Shown here: piece after piece, positions 1 to 7,982 of the stretch
How positions within the stretch are numbered: position 1 is the stretch's first letter
Layout: each line of letters starts with the position of its first letter
DNA from: Candidatus Polarisedimenticolia bacterium
GTDB lineage: Bacteria; Acidobacteriota; Polarisedimenticolia; Gp22-AA2; AA152
Length of the DNA: 60,887 nt
Assembly (NCBI GenBank): GCA_035764505.1
Contig: DASTZC010000226.1
Location: 1-60,887 of the forward strand
Direction: 5' to 3'
Made by a program: the position numbers and the translations under genes
Notes under the pieces: generated by a model
Seen by the model: only the letters and a program-made list of their open reading frames with translations
Database searches by the model: none
Told to the model about the DNA's origin: nothing

Positions 1-544
1 CCATGAAGAGGTTGCCCCAGCCCGGCGGCAAAGCGAGCGCCGCGGTCCCGAGAGCCATGAAGCAGGCCCCCATGATCGGCACCGGCTTCACCGAGAAGGC
101 CCCGGCCGTCACGATCCCCGCTCCGTAAAGGAGCAGCCAGACTGCGGGCAGCAGATCGGAGCGTCCGGAATTGAAAAGCCCCGGCGTCAGGATCGCTCCC
201 GCCGCCAGCGGCGGTATTAGCGCCAGGAAAAAGCGGCGCGCCGGCCGGGCCAGCAGGGCGATTTTGAGACGGCGCGCCTTGCGCGCATTGAGGGAGGTGC
301 CGACGATGACGGCCACCAGGGCCGCGAGGAGCCAGGTCTCCAGCCAGCGCCAGCTCGAGTCGGCTCCCGCCGCCGCGACCGCCGCCACCAGCGCGACGCT
401 CCCGATGAGCATCGCGCCGAAGCCCGACAGCGCGGTGAACGAGGCGGCCCGCTCCATCGTCTCGCGGATGAAGCGGACATTTTCGATGGCCCTCTGCTGC
501 AGGCTCTCGGGAGATCGAGGGGGAACGGGCACGGGGCTGTTCAT
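1..544 (-). CDS. hypothetical integral membrane protein (3' end runs off the window)
   Basis: Absent from the ORF track because it is open at the window edge. Reading the reverse strand from ATG at 544 gives MNSPVPVPPRSPESLQQRAIENVRFIRETMERAASFTALSGFGAMLIGSVALVAAV..., with several hydrophobic helices and strong G/C third-position bias. Track ORFs 171..689(+) and 217..480(-) look like frame artefacts. Confidence 0.5.
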   Translation of the reverse strand, partial: MNSPVPVPPRSPESLQQRAIENVRFIRETMERAASFTALSGFGAMLIGSVALVAAVAAAGADSSWRWLETWLLAALVAVIVGTSLNARKARRLKIALLARPARRFFLALIPPLAAGAILTPGLFNSGRSDLLPAVWLLLYGAGIVTAGAFSVKPVPIMGACFMALGTAALALPPGWGNLFM

Positions 545-605
545 GCCGGCAAGATACGCTGCGATTCGAGCGATGTCAAGTACTTTGTACTACAAACTTC
601 AAGCC

Positions 606-638
606 CGACAAAAAAGCCCGCGTCTCAGTCGCGGGCTT
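606..638 (-). terminator. rho-independent terminator after tRNA-Gln/tRNA-Glu
   Basis: Reverse strand reads AAGCCCGCG-ACTGAGA-CGCGGGCTT followed by TTTTGT. The stem is 9 bp (614-622 / 630-638) and lies 10 nt downstream of the tRNA-Glu CCA end. Confidence 0.75.
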
Positions 639-648
639 CGAAGATTGC

Positions 649-723
649 TGGTAGCGCTACGGGGATTCGAACCCCGGTTTGATGGCTGAGAACCACCCGT
701 CCTAACCCCTAGACGATAGCGCC
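649..723 (-). tRNA. tRNA-Glu (anticodon CUC)
   Basis: Manual cloverleaf on the reverse strand: GGCGCTA TC GTCT AGGGGTTA GGAC G GGTGG TTCTCAG CCATC AAAC CGGGG TTCGAAT CCCCG TAGCGCT A CCA. It is 75 nt, with encoded CCA and a GTTCGAATC T-loop. Confidence 0.9.
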
Positions 724-728
724 ATAGC

Positions 729-802
729 TGGATCCGGGACAGGGATTCGAACCCCGATACCATGGTCCAGAGCCATGTGTCCTACCGTTGGACGATCCCG
801 GA
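729..802 (-). tRNA. tRNA-Gln (anticodon CUG)
   Basis: Manual cloverleaf: TCCGGGA TC GTCC AACGGTA GGAC A CATGG CTCTGGA CCATG GTAT CGGGG TTCGAAT CCCTG TCCCGGA T CCA. It is 74 nt and has the U1:A72 pair typical of bacterial tRNA-Gln. Confidence 0.9.
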
Positions 803-813
803 TCGGAGCCGGG

Positions 814-842
814 ATTCTAGCCAATTGCCGTCTTTGCTTCAA
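814..842 (-). promoter_or_regulatory. sigma70-type promoter for the tRNA-Gln/tRNA-Glu pair
   Basis: Reverse strand reads TTGAAG (842-837), a 17-nt spacer, then TAGAAT (819-814). The -10 element ends 11 nt upstream of the tRNA-Gln 5' end at 802. Confidence 0.6.
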
Positions 843-855
843 GTGAGATCGCCCA

Positions 856-912
856 CCGTTACAGGCGTCGGGTGGAAAGCGCCCGCGCCTGAACGGCCGA
901 CATGGGATCAGG
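856..912. repeat. intergenic hairpin repeat (CCGTTrCAGGCG...CGCCTGAACGG type)
   Basis: ccgttacaggcgtcgggtggaaagcgcccgcgcctgaacggccgacatgggatcagg. This is near-identical in layout to the copies at 1146-1240 and 6923-6978. Confidence 0.8.
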
Positions 913-1145
913 GGAAAAACCGAACCGAGACCGGAACAGGTGCCATGGCGTCAGGCCGGTGTGAAGTCCGGGCAGCTGCACCCTGCGGCGGTGCAGCGCC
1001 TTCCCGGCTCGGGAGCCTCCTCCGGCGCGTCGATTTTCGGATCGACTTCCACCTCCGGCGGCTCCATCACGTGGCTCGAGGCCGGATGGCCGCAGCGGCA
1101 AACTGGATCTTCCATATTCACTCCTTCCATAAGTCGCGATAGGCA

Positions 1146-1240
1146 CCCTTGCAGGCGGCGGCTGGAAAGCGGCCGCGCCTGAACGGCCGATCCCGAGCGG
1201 CGGCTGGAGAGCGGCCGCGCCTGAACGGCCGATCCTGAGT
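1146..1240. repeat. intergenic hairpin repeat, 1.5 tandem copies
   Basis: cccttgcaggcggcggctggaaagcggccgcgcctgaacggccgatcccgag followed by a second gcggcggctggagagcggccgcgcctgaacggccgatcctgag. It lies directly downstream of the gltX stop. Confidence 0.8.
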
Positions 1241-1254
1241 CAGGAACGCGAGTC

Positions 1255-2691
1255 TCATACAGTCGAAAATCCCGCGATCGCCGTCTCGATGCGGCGCAGC
1301 GCCCTGTCGCGTCCGATCAGGACCAGCACGGTGAAGATCCCGGGAGACACTGCCTGCCCGGTCAGCGCCACACGCAGCGGATGAATCAGCTTGGCCGCGG
1401 CGATGCCCAGATTCTCCCCGGTCTTGCGCAGCGCCTCCTCGGTCGACTCCTCCGTGAAGGGCTCCACCTTGGTCAAGGCCTGCCGCAACGCCTTCAGCCG
1501 GTCGGGCACGGCAGGATCCTGCAGATGCTTGCGCACCGCCTCCGGATTGAGCTCGACGTCGTCCTTCAGAAAAACGGCGCAGTCGCGCACGATGTCCGAC
1601 AGCTTGCGCGAGCGCGGCTTGAGCGCTTCGATCACCTGCTCGAACCAGACGCTGCGCTCGTCGTCGAGACTGGGATCCCACTCCCCTTTCTCTTCCAGCG
1701 GCTTGCGGATCGTCTCGCGGATCAGCGCCGCCGGCATGGCGTTGACGTACTGCCCGTTCAGCCACTCCAGCTTCTGCTCGTCGAACACCGCTCCCTTCTT
1801 GCCGACTCCCTCGAACGAGAACAGCCCGACCAGCTCGTCCTTGGACAGGAACTCCCGCCCGTCGCCGGGGGACCAGCCCAGCAGCGCCAGGAAGTTGAAC
1901 AGCGCGTCGGGAAGATAGCCGGCCTCGCGGTACTCAGTGACCGCGACCGCCCCATGCCGCTTGCTCAGCCGCTTCTTGTCGGCCCCCAGGATCAGCGGCA
2001 GGTGCGCGAAGCTGGGCTGCGGCTCGCCGAGCGCCTGGTAGAGCAGGATCTGCTTCGGCGTGTTGCTGATGTGATCGTCGCCGCGGATCACGTCGGTGAT
2101 CTTCATGTCGACGTCATCCGAAACCACCGACAGGTGGTAAGTGGGGGTCCCGTCGGAGCGCAGCAGGACGAAATCCTCGATCGTGTCGTTGGCAAACGCG
2201 GTCCTGCCGTGGACCCGATCCTCCCAGCTCGTCTCTCCCGCCGGGATGCGGAAGCGCAGGCAATGCGACTCGCCCGTGGCGATGCGCCGCGCCGCCTCTT
2301 CCGGCGCCAGGCCGGCGCACTTCCGATCGTATTTCCAGGCGATCCCTTGCTGCTCCGCCGCCTGCCGTCGTGCCTGCAGATCGGCCGGATCGCAGAAGCA
2401 GACGTAGGCCTTGCCCGTTACCTGCAGCTTTCTTCCCGTCGCGACGTGCCCGGCGCGGCGCTGCGACTGGAAGTGCGGCCCCTCGTCCCAGTCCAGCCCC
2501 AGCCACTGGAGCCCTTCCAGGATTGCCTCGGTCATCTCCTGGCGCGAGCGCTCCACATCGGTGTCCTCGATGCGCAGGACGAAAACACCCTTCTGCTTGC
2601 GGGCGAACAGCCAGTTGAACAGGGCGGTGCGCGCCCCGCCGACGTGCAGGTAGCCGGTGGGCGACGGCGCAAATCTCAGGCGGACGCTCAT
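1255..2691 (-). CDS. gltX: glutamate--tRNA ligase (GluRS)
   Basis: 478 aa. N-terminus is MSVRLRFAPSPTGYLHVGGARTALFNWLFARKQKGVFVLRIEDTD (class I HIGH region). A KMSKS-equivalent RLSKRHG is present. Full-length bacterial GltX architecture. Confidence 0.96.
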   Translation of the reverse strand: MSVRLRFAPSPTGYLHVGGARTALFNWLFARKQKGVFVLRIEDTDVERSRQEMTEAILEGLQWLGLDWDEGPHFQSQRRAGHVATGRKLQVTGKAYVCFCDPADLQARRQAAEQQGIAWKYDRKCAGLAPEEAARRIATGESHCLRFRIPAGETSWEDRVHGRTAFANDTIEDFVLLRSDGTPTYHLSVVSDDVDMKITDVIRGDDHISNTPKQILLYQALGEPQPSFAHLPLILGADKKRLSKRHGAVAVTEYREAGYLPDALFNFLALLGWSPGDGREFLSKDELVGLFSFEGVGKKGAVFDEQKLEWLNGQYVNAMPAALIRETIRKPLEEKGEWDPSLDDERSVWFEQVIEALKPRSRKLSDIVRDCAVFLKDDVELNPEAVRKHLQDPAVPDRLKALRQALTKVEPFTEESTEEALRKTGENLGIAAAKLIHPLRVALTGQAVSPGIFTVLVLIGRDRALRRIETAIAGFSTV

Positions 2692-2735
2692 CGGCGACGG
2701 AATCTGGAGGGGGGCCTGTATTCGGGAGAAAAAAC

Positions 2736-2827
2736 TGGCGGAGAGGGAGGGATTCGAACCCTCGACCCGGTTTTACCCAGGTAACGCATTAGCAGTGCGC
2801 CCTGTTCGGCCACTCCAGCACCTCTCC
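2736..2827 (-). tRNA. tRNA-Ser (anticodon GCU)
   Basis: Reverse strand reads GGAGAGGTGCTGGAGTGGCCGAACAGGGCGCACTGCTAATGCGT + long variable arm TACCTGGGTAAAACCGGGT + CGAGGGTTCGAATCCCTCCCTCTCCGCCA. It is 92 nt, a class II tRNA. Confidence 0.9.
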
Positions 2828-2981
2828 GCGTGGTCCTGCCGGCCGGGAAGGCGGTAGTCTAGCGTGAAGCCCCTTTTGTTGTCCATGAACGGCCGTTTCC
2901 TTGACTCGATGAAACCCGGCACCTAGAATCGCGCGACTTTGCGAGTCCCGAGACGACGACGCCGGAAGCTGGAGGTCGATC

Positions 2982-3578
2982 ATGCGAAACAGGATCCTGC
3001 TCGCCCCGATCGCGGCGCTCATGCTCTGGTGCGCCTCCCCCGCGCTCGCCCAGAACCGCTCCGAGGCCTGGGAGCTGAACCCCTACATGGTCTTCACCGA
3101 TTTCGATCGCGACACCGAAATCGACGAGGACCTGGGCGTCGGGTTCCGCTTCGGATACAACTTCACGCCGTTGCACGAGATGGAGTTCTCCTTCGACGGC
3201 GTTTCCACCGAGGACTCGGTGGTCGGACAGATCGACGTCGACGTCTTCAAGTTCCAGTCGAACTACACCTTCAACTTCAATTTTCAGCGCCACCAGCCGG
3301 TCATCCCCTACTTCACGACCGGCCTCGGCTTCATCCGCTTCGATGTGAGCGCCCCGGGGATCCCTTCCGACGACGAAGTCGACATGCTGTTCAACTTCGG
3401 CGGCGGGGTGCGCTTCTTCATCGGTCCGGTCTTCAACATCCGCCTCGACTTCCGCTTCATCTTTTTCGAGGGGGACAACCAGGTCCTGCGCGACATCGAC
3501 TACCAGAACAACGAGTTCGGCTTCGGCGTCGGCTGGGTGGTAGGGGGCAAAACGCCTTCCCCAAAGCGGCATCATTGA
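2982..3578 (+). CDS. outer-membrane beta-barrel protein (OmpA-N/OmpW-like small porin family)
   Basis: GGAGG RBS. Signal peptide MRNRILLAPIAALMLWCASPALA|Q. Alternating amphipathic strands (GVGFRFGYNF, FNFGGGVRFFIGPVFNIRLDFRFIFF). Confidence 0.7.
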   Translation: MRNRILLAPIAALMLWCASPALAQNRSEAWELNPYMVFTDFDRDTEIDEDLGVGFRFGYNFTPLHEMEFSFDGVSTEDSVVGQIDVDVFKFQSNYTFNFNFQRHQPVIPYFTTGLGFIRFDVSAPGIPSDDEVDMLFNFGGGVRFFIGPVFNIRLDFRFIFFEGDNQVLRDIDYQNNEFGFGVGWVVGGKTPSPKRHH

Positions 3579-3592
3579 GGTCGAAGCCCCTC

Positions 3593-3805
3593 CTCTGATC
3601 AAATGCCGGCCTTCAGACGCGCCCGGTTTCCAGACCTCGTATATTGGGGTGGCCGTGCGGTGAGACGCCTCCCAGAAACCCCTCTTCCGATCAAGTACCG
3701 GCCCTTCAGACGCGCCCGGTTTCCAGGCGCCGTCTGTAAGGGTGCCGCCGCCGGAAGCTAATCCGATCAAGATTTCCAGGCGTCGTCTGTAAGGGTGACG
3801 ACGAA
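3593..3805. repeat. cluster of 2-3 hairpin repeats (GATCAAGTACCGGCCCTTCAGACGCGCC...GGCGCCGTCTGTAAGGG type)
   Basis: One full copy lies at about 3688-3765, flanked by a left-half copy (about 3597-3640) and a right-half copy (about 3765-3805). It shares the flanks gatcaagtaccggccctt and ggtgcc..ggaagct(a/c)aatcc with the 7079-7378 array. Confidence 0.8.
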
Positions 3806-3964
3806 GACCCTCATTACACTTGTGTTATCCCACAGTCCCCCCCTTAGGGTCCTATCTTCTTATATGGTTGCGCCGCCGCGCGCCGGCTCCTAGATTCTCC
3901 CTCCGGCCGGGGCCTGCCCTGGATCCCGCACGTCTGCGGGAAAGCCCGGCCTACGGAGGGATCG

Positions 3965-4453
3965 ATGACGGGCGAGGAAATTTGCCGCCAGCTCGAGGAC
4001 CTGCGCCGCAGCGGCGCCGGCCTCGAGGAGATCCTGGCGCGCGCCGTGGATCTGCTGCACCGCTCCAACCCCCGCTTCCACTGGACTGGGATCTACGAGC
4101 TCTACCCCGACAACGTGCTGCGATTGGGCCCGTTCATCGGGGCCCCGACCGATCACGTCTTCATCGCCGTCGGCTACGGCGTCTGCGGCACGGCTGTCGC
4201 CGAAAACCGGAATATCAACGTCCCCGACGTGCGCCAGGCGCCGAACTACCTCGCCTGCTCCAGCGAGACCCGCTCCGAGCTGGTGGTGCTCATTCGCTCC
4301 GGCAAGAAGATTCACGCCCAGATCGACATCGACAGTCACGAGCTGGACGCCTTCGATCGCGACGCCGTGTCGCAGGTCGAGAAAGTGGCGGAATACCTGG
4401 CCGAGGCCTACGCACGCTCGACGCGTCCCGCCTCGGGGAGCTCCACAGCCTAG
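3965..4453 (+). CDS. GAF domain protein (free-methionine-sulfoxide-reductase/YebR-like)
   Basis: 162 aa. Motifs are HWTGIYEL...LRLGPFIGAPTDHVFIAVGYGVCGTAV...NVPDV...YLACSSETRSELVVLI...IDIDSHELDAFD, matching the single-GAF fRMsr-like layout. GGAGGG RBS. Confidence 0.75.
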   Translation: MTGEEICRQLEDLRRSGAGLEEILARAVDLLHRSNPRFHWTGIYELYPDNVLRLGPFIGAPTDHVFIAVGYGVCGTAVAENRNINVPDVRQAPNYLACSSETRSELVVLIRSGKKIHAQIDIDSHELDAFDRDAVSQVEKVAEYLAEAYARSTRPASGSSTA

Positions 4454-4478
4454 CATTGTCGCCCCGGCGGGAGACTGC

Positions 4479-6899
4479 GTGAAAGAGATCCACCAAGCCA
4501 CCGATACCGAGACGGAGTCACCGGAACGGAAGCTGGCCCACTTCGAGCGGCGCTTCCGCCTGCTCGACGAACACCTGCGCCTGCTGGAGCGGGAGCGCCA
4601 GAAGCTCTCCGCCATCGTCCATCACACCGACGCCGGCTTCCTGGTGCTGGACGCCTCGCTCAAGGTGACCTGGGCCAACTCGATCTTCGCACGCGAGTTC
4701 TCGCGCAACGACCATCCCGGAGCGCTCGTGGGCGCAGCCTGCAACACCCTTCTGTGCGGCGAGGCGTCGATCTGCAGCCACTGCCCCGCCGCGCGCCCTT
4801 TCACCACGGGAAAGGTAGCGCACCACGAGATGCGACTGGAAACCGAAGCCCAGACGCGCGCCCTCTACGTCACCGCGATGCCGATCCGGTCCCTTACCGG
4901 CGAGACCGACCAGTGCATCGTCATGGTCCAGGACGTCTCCGACCTGGAGGTGCTGCGCAGCTCACAGCAGGCGCTGAAGGAAAGCGAAGAGCGCTTCCGC
5001 TCCATCTTCGAGCACGCCGCCAGCGGCATGACCGCCGTCAGCCCGGACGGCGTGCTGCTGCAAGTCAACCCCGCCTTCTGCCGCTTCCTCGGCTACTCGG
5101 CCGAAGAGCTGATCGGCCGCAACGTCGTGGACATCACCGACCCGGCCGACAGGGAGCCGACCCGGAAGCTGGTGGCCGCGGGCCGCGACGGGTCCAAGAC
5201 TGCCATGGAGATGGAGAAGCGCTACCTACGAAAGGACGGCTCCATCGCCTGGGGGCACATCAGCATCACCTGGATTCGCGATGCCGAGGGAAAGCCCATC
5301 GTCGCCGTCGGCCTGGTCGAGGACATCGGCGAGCGCAAGCACGCCGAAGAGGCGCTGCGCCAGAGCGAAGCCCGCAAGGGAGCAATCCTGGACACGGCGC
5401 TGGACGCCATCATCACGATCGATCAGGCGGGGATCGCGCTCGAGTTCAACCCCGCCGCGGAACAGCTGTTCGGCCACCGGCGGGAGGAGGTCCTCGGCAG
5501 GAACATCCTGGAGCTGATCGTCCCGCCGGAGGAGCAGCAGAAAATCCGCGAGGGGCTGCAGAAGTTCTTTCTCACCGGCGAGAGCCCGCTGGCGGGAAGG
5601 CACGTCGAGATGCCCGCCATGCACCGCGACGGCACGCGCTTCCCGGTGGAGTTCGCGGTCAGCCGCATCCAGACCACCGGACCACCGGCCTTCACCGCCT
5701 ACATCCGCGACCTCACCGAGCAGCGTCAGGCTGAAGAGGCCCTGCGCCAGCGCGAGGACCAGCTGCGGCATTCTCAGAAGATGGAAGCGATCGGCACGCT
5801 CGCCGGCGGCGTGGCGCATGACTTCAACAACCTGCTCACCGGCATCCTGGGCTACGCCGAGCTGCTCAAGCTGGGCTCCCGCCCCGGGGAGAAAGTCTTC
5901 CAGTCGGCGGAAGTGATCGAAAAGGCCGCCTCGCGCGCCGCTTCACTGACCCAGCAGCTGCTTGGCTTCGCGCGGCGCGGCAAGCATCAGAATGTCTCCC
6001 TGGATCTGCACGCCTCAATCCAGGAGGTGACCGGGCTGCTCGGCCGCACGCTCGACAAATCGATCAACCTGCGCCAGGAGCTGTGCACCGAGCCGGTCAT
6101 GATCCAGGGGGATCCCGGCCAGATGGGACAGGTGATCCTGAACCTGGCGGTGAACGCCGCCGACGCCATGACTGCGGGCGGCGACCTGGTCTTCCGCACC
6201 TCGATCGTGAAGCTGACCGACGACCAGCGCGCGCGCCACGCGGGCCACAATGGAGCGCACCACGTTCTCCTGTCGGTAACGGATTCGGGGTGCGGCATCC
6301 CTTCCGACGTCCTGCCGCGGGTCTTCGAGCCCTTCTTCACGACCAAGGAGCGGGGCAAAGGGACCGGCATGGGGCTGGCCATGGTCTATGGCATCGTGCA
6401 GAACCATGGCGGTTTCATCGAGATCGACACCACCGTCGGACACGGCACGACCTTCCGGCTCTATTTTCCTGAGGCCAGCAGGACCGATCGGCCCCAAAGC
6501 GCCCGCCTGGCGGCCGGACAGTCGCGGGCCGGCAGCGGCACCGTCCTGGTGGTGGACGACGAGGAGTCGGTGCGCTGTGTGGCTACTGCGTTCCTCGAGG
6601 AGATGGGCTACACGGTCCTCACGGCGAAAGACGGCGAGGAGGCGGTGCAGATCTATCGCGGCTCGCAGGTTCCCATCGACCTGGTCATCATCGACATGAT
6701 CATGCCGAAGCTCGGAGGGCGGGACTGTTTCCGCGCGCTGAAGAAAGTGAACCCGGAGGTGCGGGCCATCATCTCGACCGGCTACGACGTCAATGCCGCA
6801 GCCCAGGAGATCCTGGACGAGGGGATGCGCGGCTTCATTCAGAAGCCCTATCTTATGCGGCAACTCTCAGACGTAGTGTCGGCGGCGCTCAAGTCTTGA
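4479..6899 (+). CDS. hybrid sensor histidine kinase (N-terminal Cys-rich PAS-like module, 2 PAS, HisKA, HATPase_c, receiver)
   Basis: 806 aa with a GTG start. H-box is GGVAHDFNNLLTGILGYAELL, the ATPase G-boxes are DSGCGIP and GTGMGLAMVYGIV, and the C-terminal receiver is VLVVDDEESVR...IDMIMPKLGG. Confidence 0.9.
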   Translation: MKEIHQATDTETESPERKLAHFERRFRLLDEHLRLLERERQKLSAIVHHTDAGFLVLDASLKVTWANSIFAREFSRNDHPGALVGAACNTLLCGEASICSHCPAARPFTTGKVAHHEMRLETEAQTRALYVTAMPIRSLTGETDQCIVMVQDVSDLEVLRSSQQALKESEERFRSIFEHAASGMTAVSPDGVLLQVNPAFCRFLGYSAEELIGRNVVDITDPADREPTRKLVAAGRDGSKTAMEMEKRYLRKDGSIAWGHISITWIRDAEGKPIVAVGLVEDIGERKHAEEALRQSEARKGAILDTALDAIITIDQAGIALEFNPAAEQLFGHRREEVLGRNILELIVPPEEQQKIREGLQKFFLTGESPLAGRHVEMPAMHRDGTRFPVEFAVSRIQTTGPPAFTAYIRDLTEQRQAEEALRQREDQLRHSQKMEAIGTLAGGVAHDFNNLLTGILGYAELLKLGSRPGEKVFQSAEVIEKAASRAASLTQQLLGFARRGKHQNVSLDLHASIQEVTGLLGRTLDKSINLRQELCTEPVMIQGDPGQMGQVILNLAVNAADAMTAGGDLVFRTSIVKLTDDQRARHAGHNGAHHVLLSVTDSGCGIPSDVLPRVFEPFFTTKERGKGTGMGLAMVYGIVQNHGGFIEIDTTVGHGTTFRLYFPEASRTDRPQSARLAAGQSRAGSGTVLVVDDEESVRCVATAFLEEMGYTVLTAKDGEEAVQIYRGSQVPIDLVIIDMIMPKLGGRDCFRALKKVNPEVRAIISTGYDVNAAAQEILDEGMRGFIQKPYLMRQLSDVVSAALKS

Positions 6900-6922
6900 G
6901 ATTGCTTGTGGAGACGACTCCA

Positions 6923-7050
6923 CCGTTGCAGGCGGCGGCTGGGAAACGGCCGCGCCTGAACGGCCGCCACTTGATCAGGAGCTCGTGGAGACTGGGACTC
7001 CCTTGCAGGCGGTGACTGGGATCGGGCGTGTCTGAAGGGCCGGGACTGAG
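6923..7050. repeat. two hairpin repeats of the CC(G/C)TTGCAGGCG type
   Basis: ccgttgcaggcggcggctgggaaacggccgcgcctgaacggccg (6923-6966) and cccttgcaggcggtgactgggatcgggcgtgtctgaagggccg (about 7001-7043). Confidence 0.75.
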
Positions 7051-7078
7051 CAGAAGCCAGGACTGAAGTTCGAGCCTT

Positions 7079-7378
7079 AATCTATCCAGATTCTGATCAG
7101 GGTTTTCTGACCAAGTACCGGCCCTTGAGGCGCGGCGCCGTCAGCCGTCGCCTCCAAGGGTGCCCTGCCGGAAGCTCAATCCATCCAGATTTCGATCACG
7201 GATTCCTGATCAAATATCGGGCCTTGAGGCGCGGCGTCTATCAGCCGTCGCCTCCAAGGGTGCCCTGCGTGAAGCTCAATCCATCCAGATTTCGATCAGG
7301 GATTCCCGATCAAGTACCGGCCCTTGAGGCGCGGCGTCTATCAGCCGTCGCCTCCAAGGGTGCCTCTGTGTGAAGCTC
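7079..7378. repeat. tandem array, 3 copies of a ~100-bp unit (periods 99/100/101)
   Basis: Unit boundaries at aatc(t/c)atcca fall at 7079, 7178, 7278 and 7379. Each unit reads aatccatccagatttcgatca-gggattcccgatcaagtaccgg-CCCTTGAGGCGCGGCG-tctatca-GCCGTCGCCTCCAAGGG-tgcc...gaagctc. Confidence 0.9.
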
Positions 7379-7688
7379 AATCCATCCAAAACTCGATGCG
7401 GTAGATCAGATCGGAAGCGTTGCGAATGATCCAGCCGAGGAAAGCGCCGGGGAGCATTCCGTTGGAATGGTCCCGGATCTGCCCCCAGAACTTGCCGCCG
7501 CTCTGGAACAGCTTCACGTCGCCCCGGTGGGTCCCCTGCTGCTTGTGCCTCCAGAGTGCATGTCCCTCCCGGCCGCGCTTGCGCTTCTCCAGGGTGAACA
7601 CGTAGCGGGGATTCGCTTTCAGCAACTCGATCAGGTCGTCCAGTCCCTTTCCCTGCACGAACACCAGATCGAAGTTCACAACGCGCAT
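7377..7688 (-). CDS. hypothetical small protein (103 aa), family not recognised
   Basis: ATG at 7688 is preceded by GGGGAGG. Sequence is MRVVNFDLVFVQGKGLDDLIELLKANPRYVFTLEKRKRGREGH...IYRIEFWMD. Its last codons and stop lie in the first (partial) unit of the tandem repeat. G+C looks lower than its neighbours. Confidence 0.5.
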   Translation of the reverse strand: MRVVNFDLVFVQGKGLDDLIELLKANPRYVFTLEKRKRGREGHALWRHKQQGTHRGDVKLFQSGGKFWGQIRDHSNGMLPGAFLGWIIRNASDLIYRIEFWMD

Positions 7689-7982
7689 GGTCGCCTCCCC
7701 TGTCGCTTTGATGGGGAAATCCACTCACCGACTTCCCGACAGAAGCATACCCTGCCAAGAGCCATGGGAGTAGGGGTCCCAGAGATCATGGGGCGAGTTC
7801 TTCAGTGTGAGAGCTCGGCCGGCTGGATCACCGTGAGAGGGACTTCGTGCAGGTCCGACACCGCACGGGCGGGGTGCGGGTTCCGGACCGCGCCACTCGA
7901 AGCAAGCCATTCCCAAGAAGCGCAAGCGCGCGTACCTTCCTGACAAGGGGATCGGATCGCCCATCCATCAGGAGGTGCCGCG

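Noticed and set aside
171-689. 172-aa plus-strand ORF
   Set aside because: It runs through a rho-independent terminator and into tRNA-Glu. The opposite strand encodes a convincing membrane protein up to 544.
7079-7378. Possible CRISPR array or minisatellite
   Set aside because: The whole ~100-bp unit is conserved, so there are no unique spacers. The unit is far longer than CRISPR repeats, no cas genes are present, and it belongs to the dispersed hairpin-repeat family.
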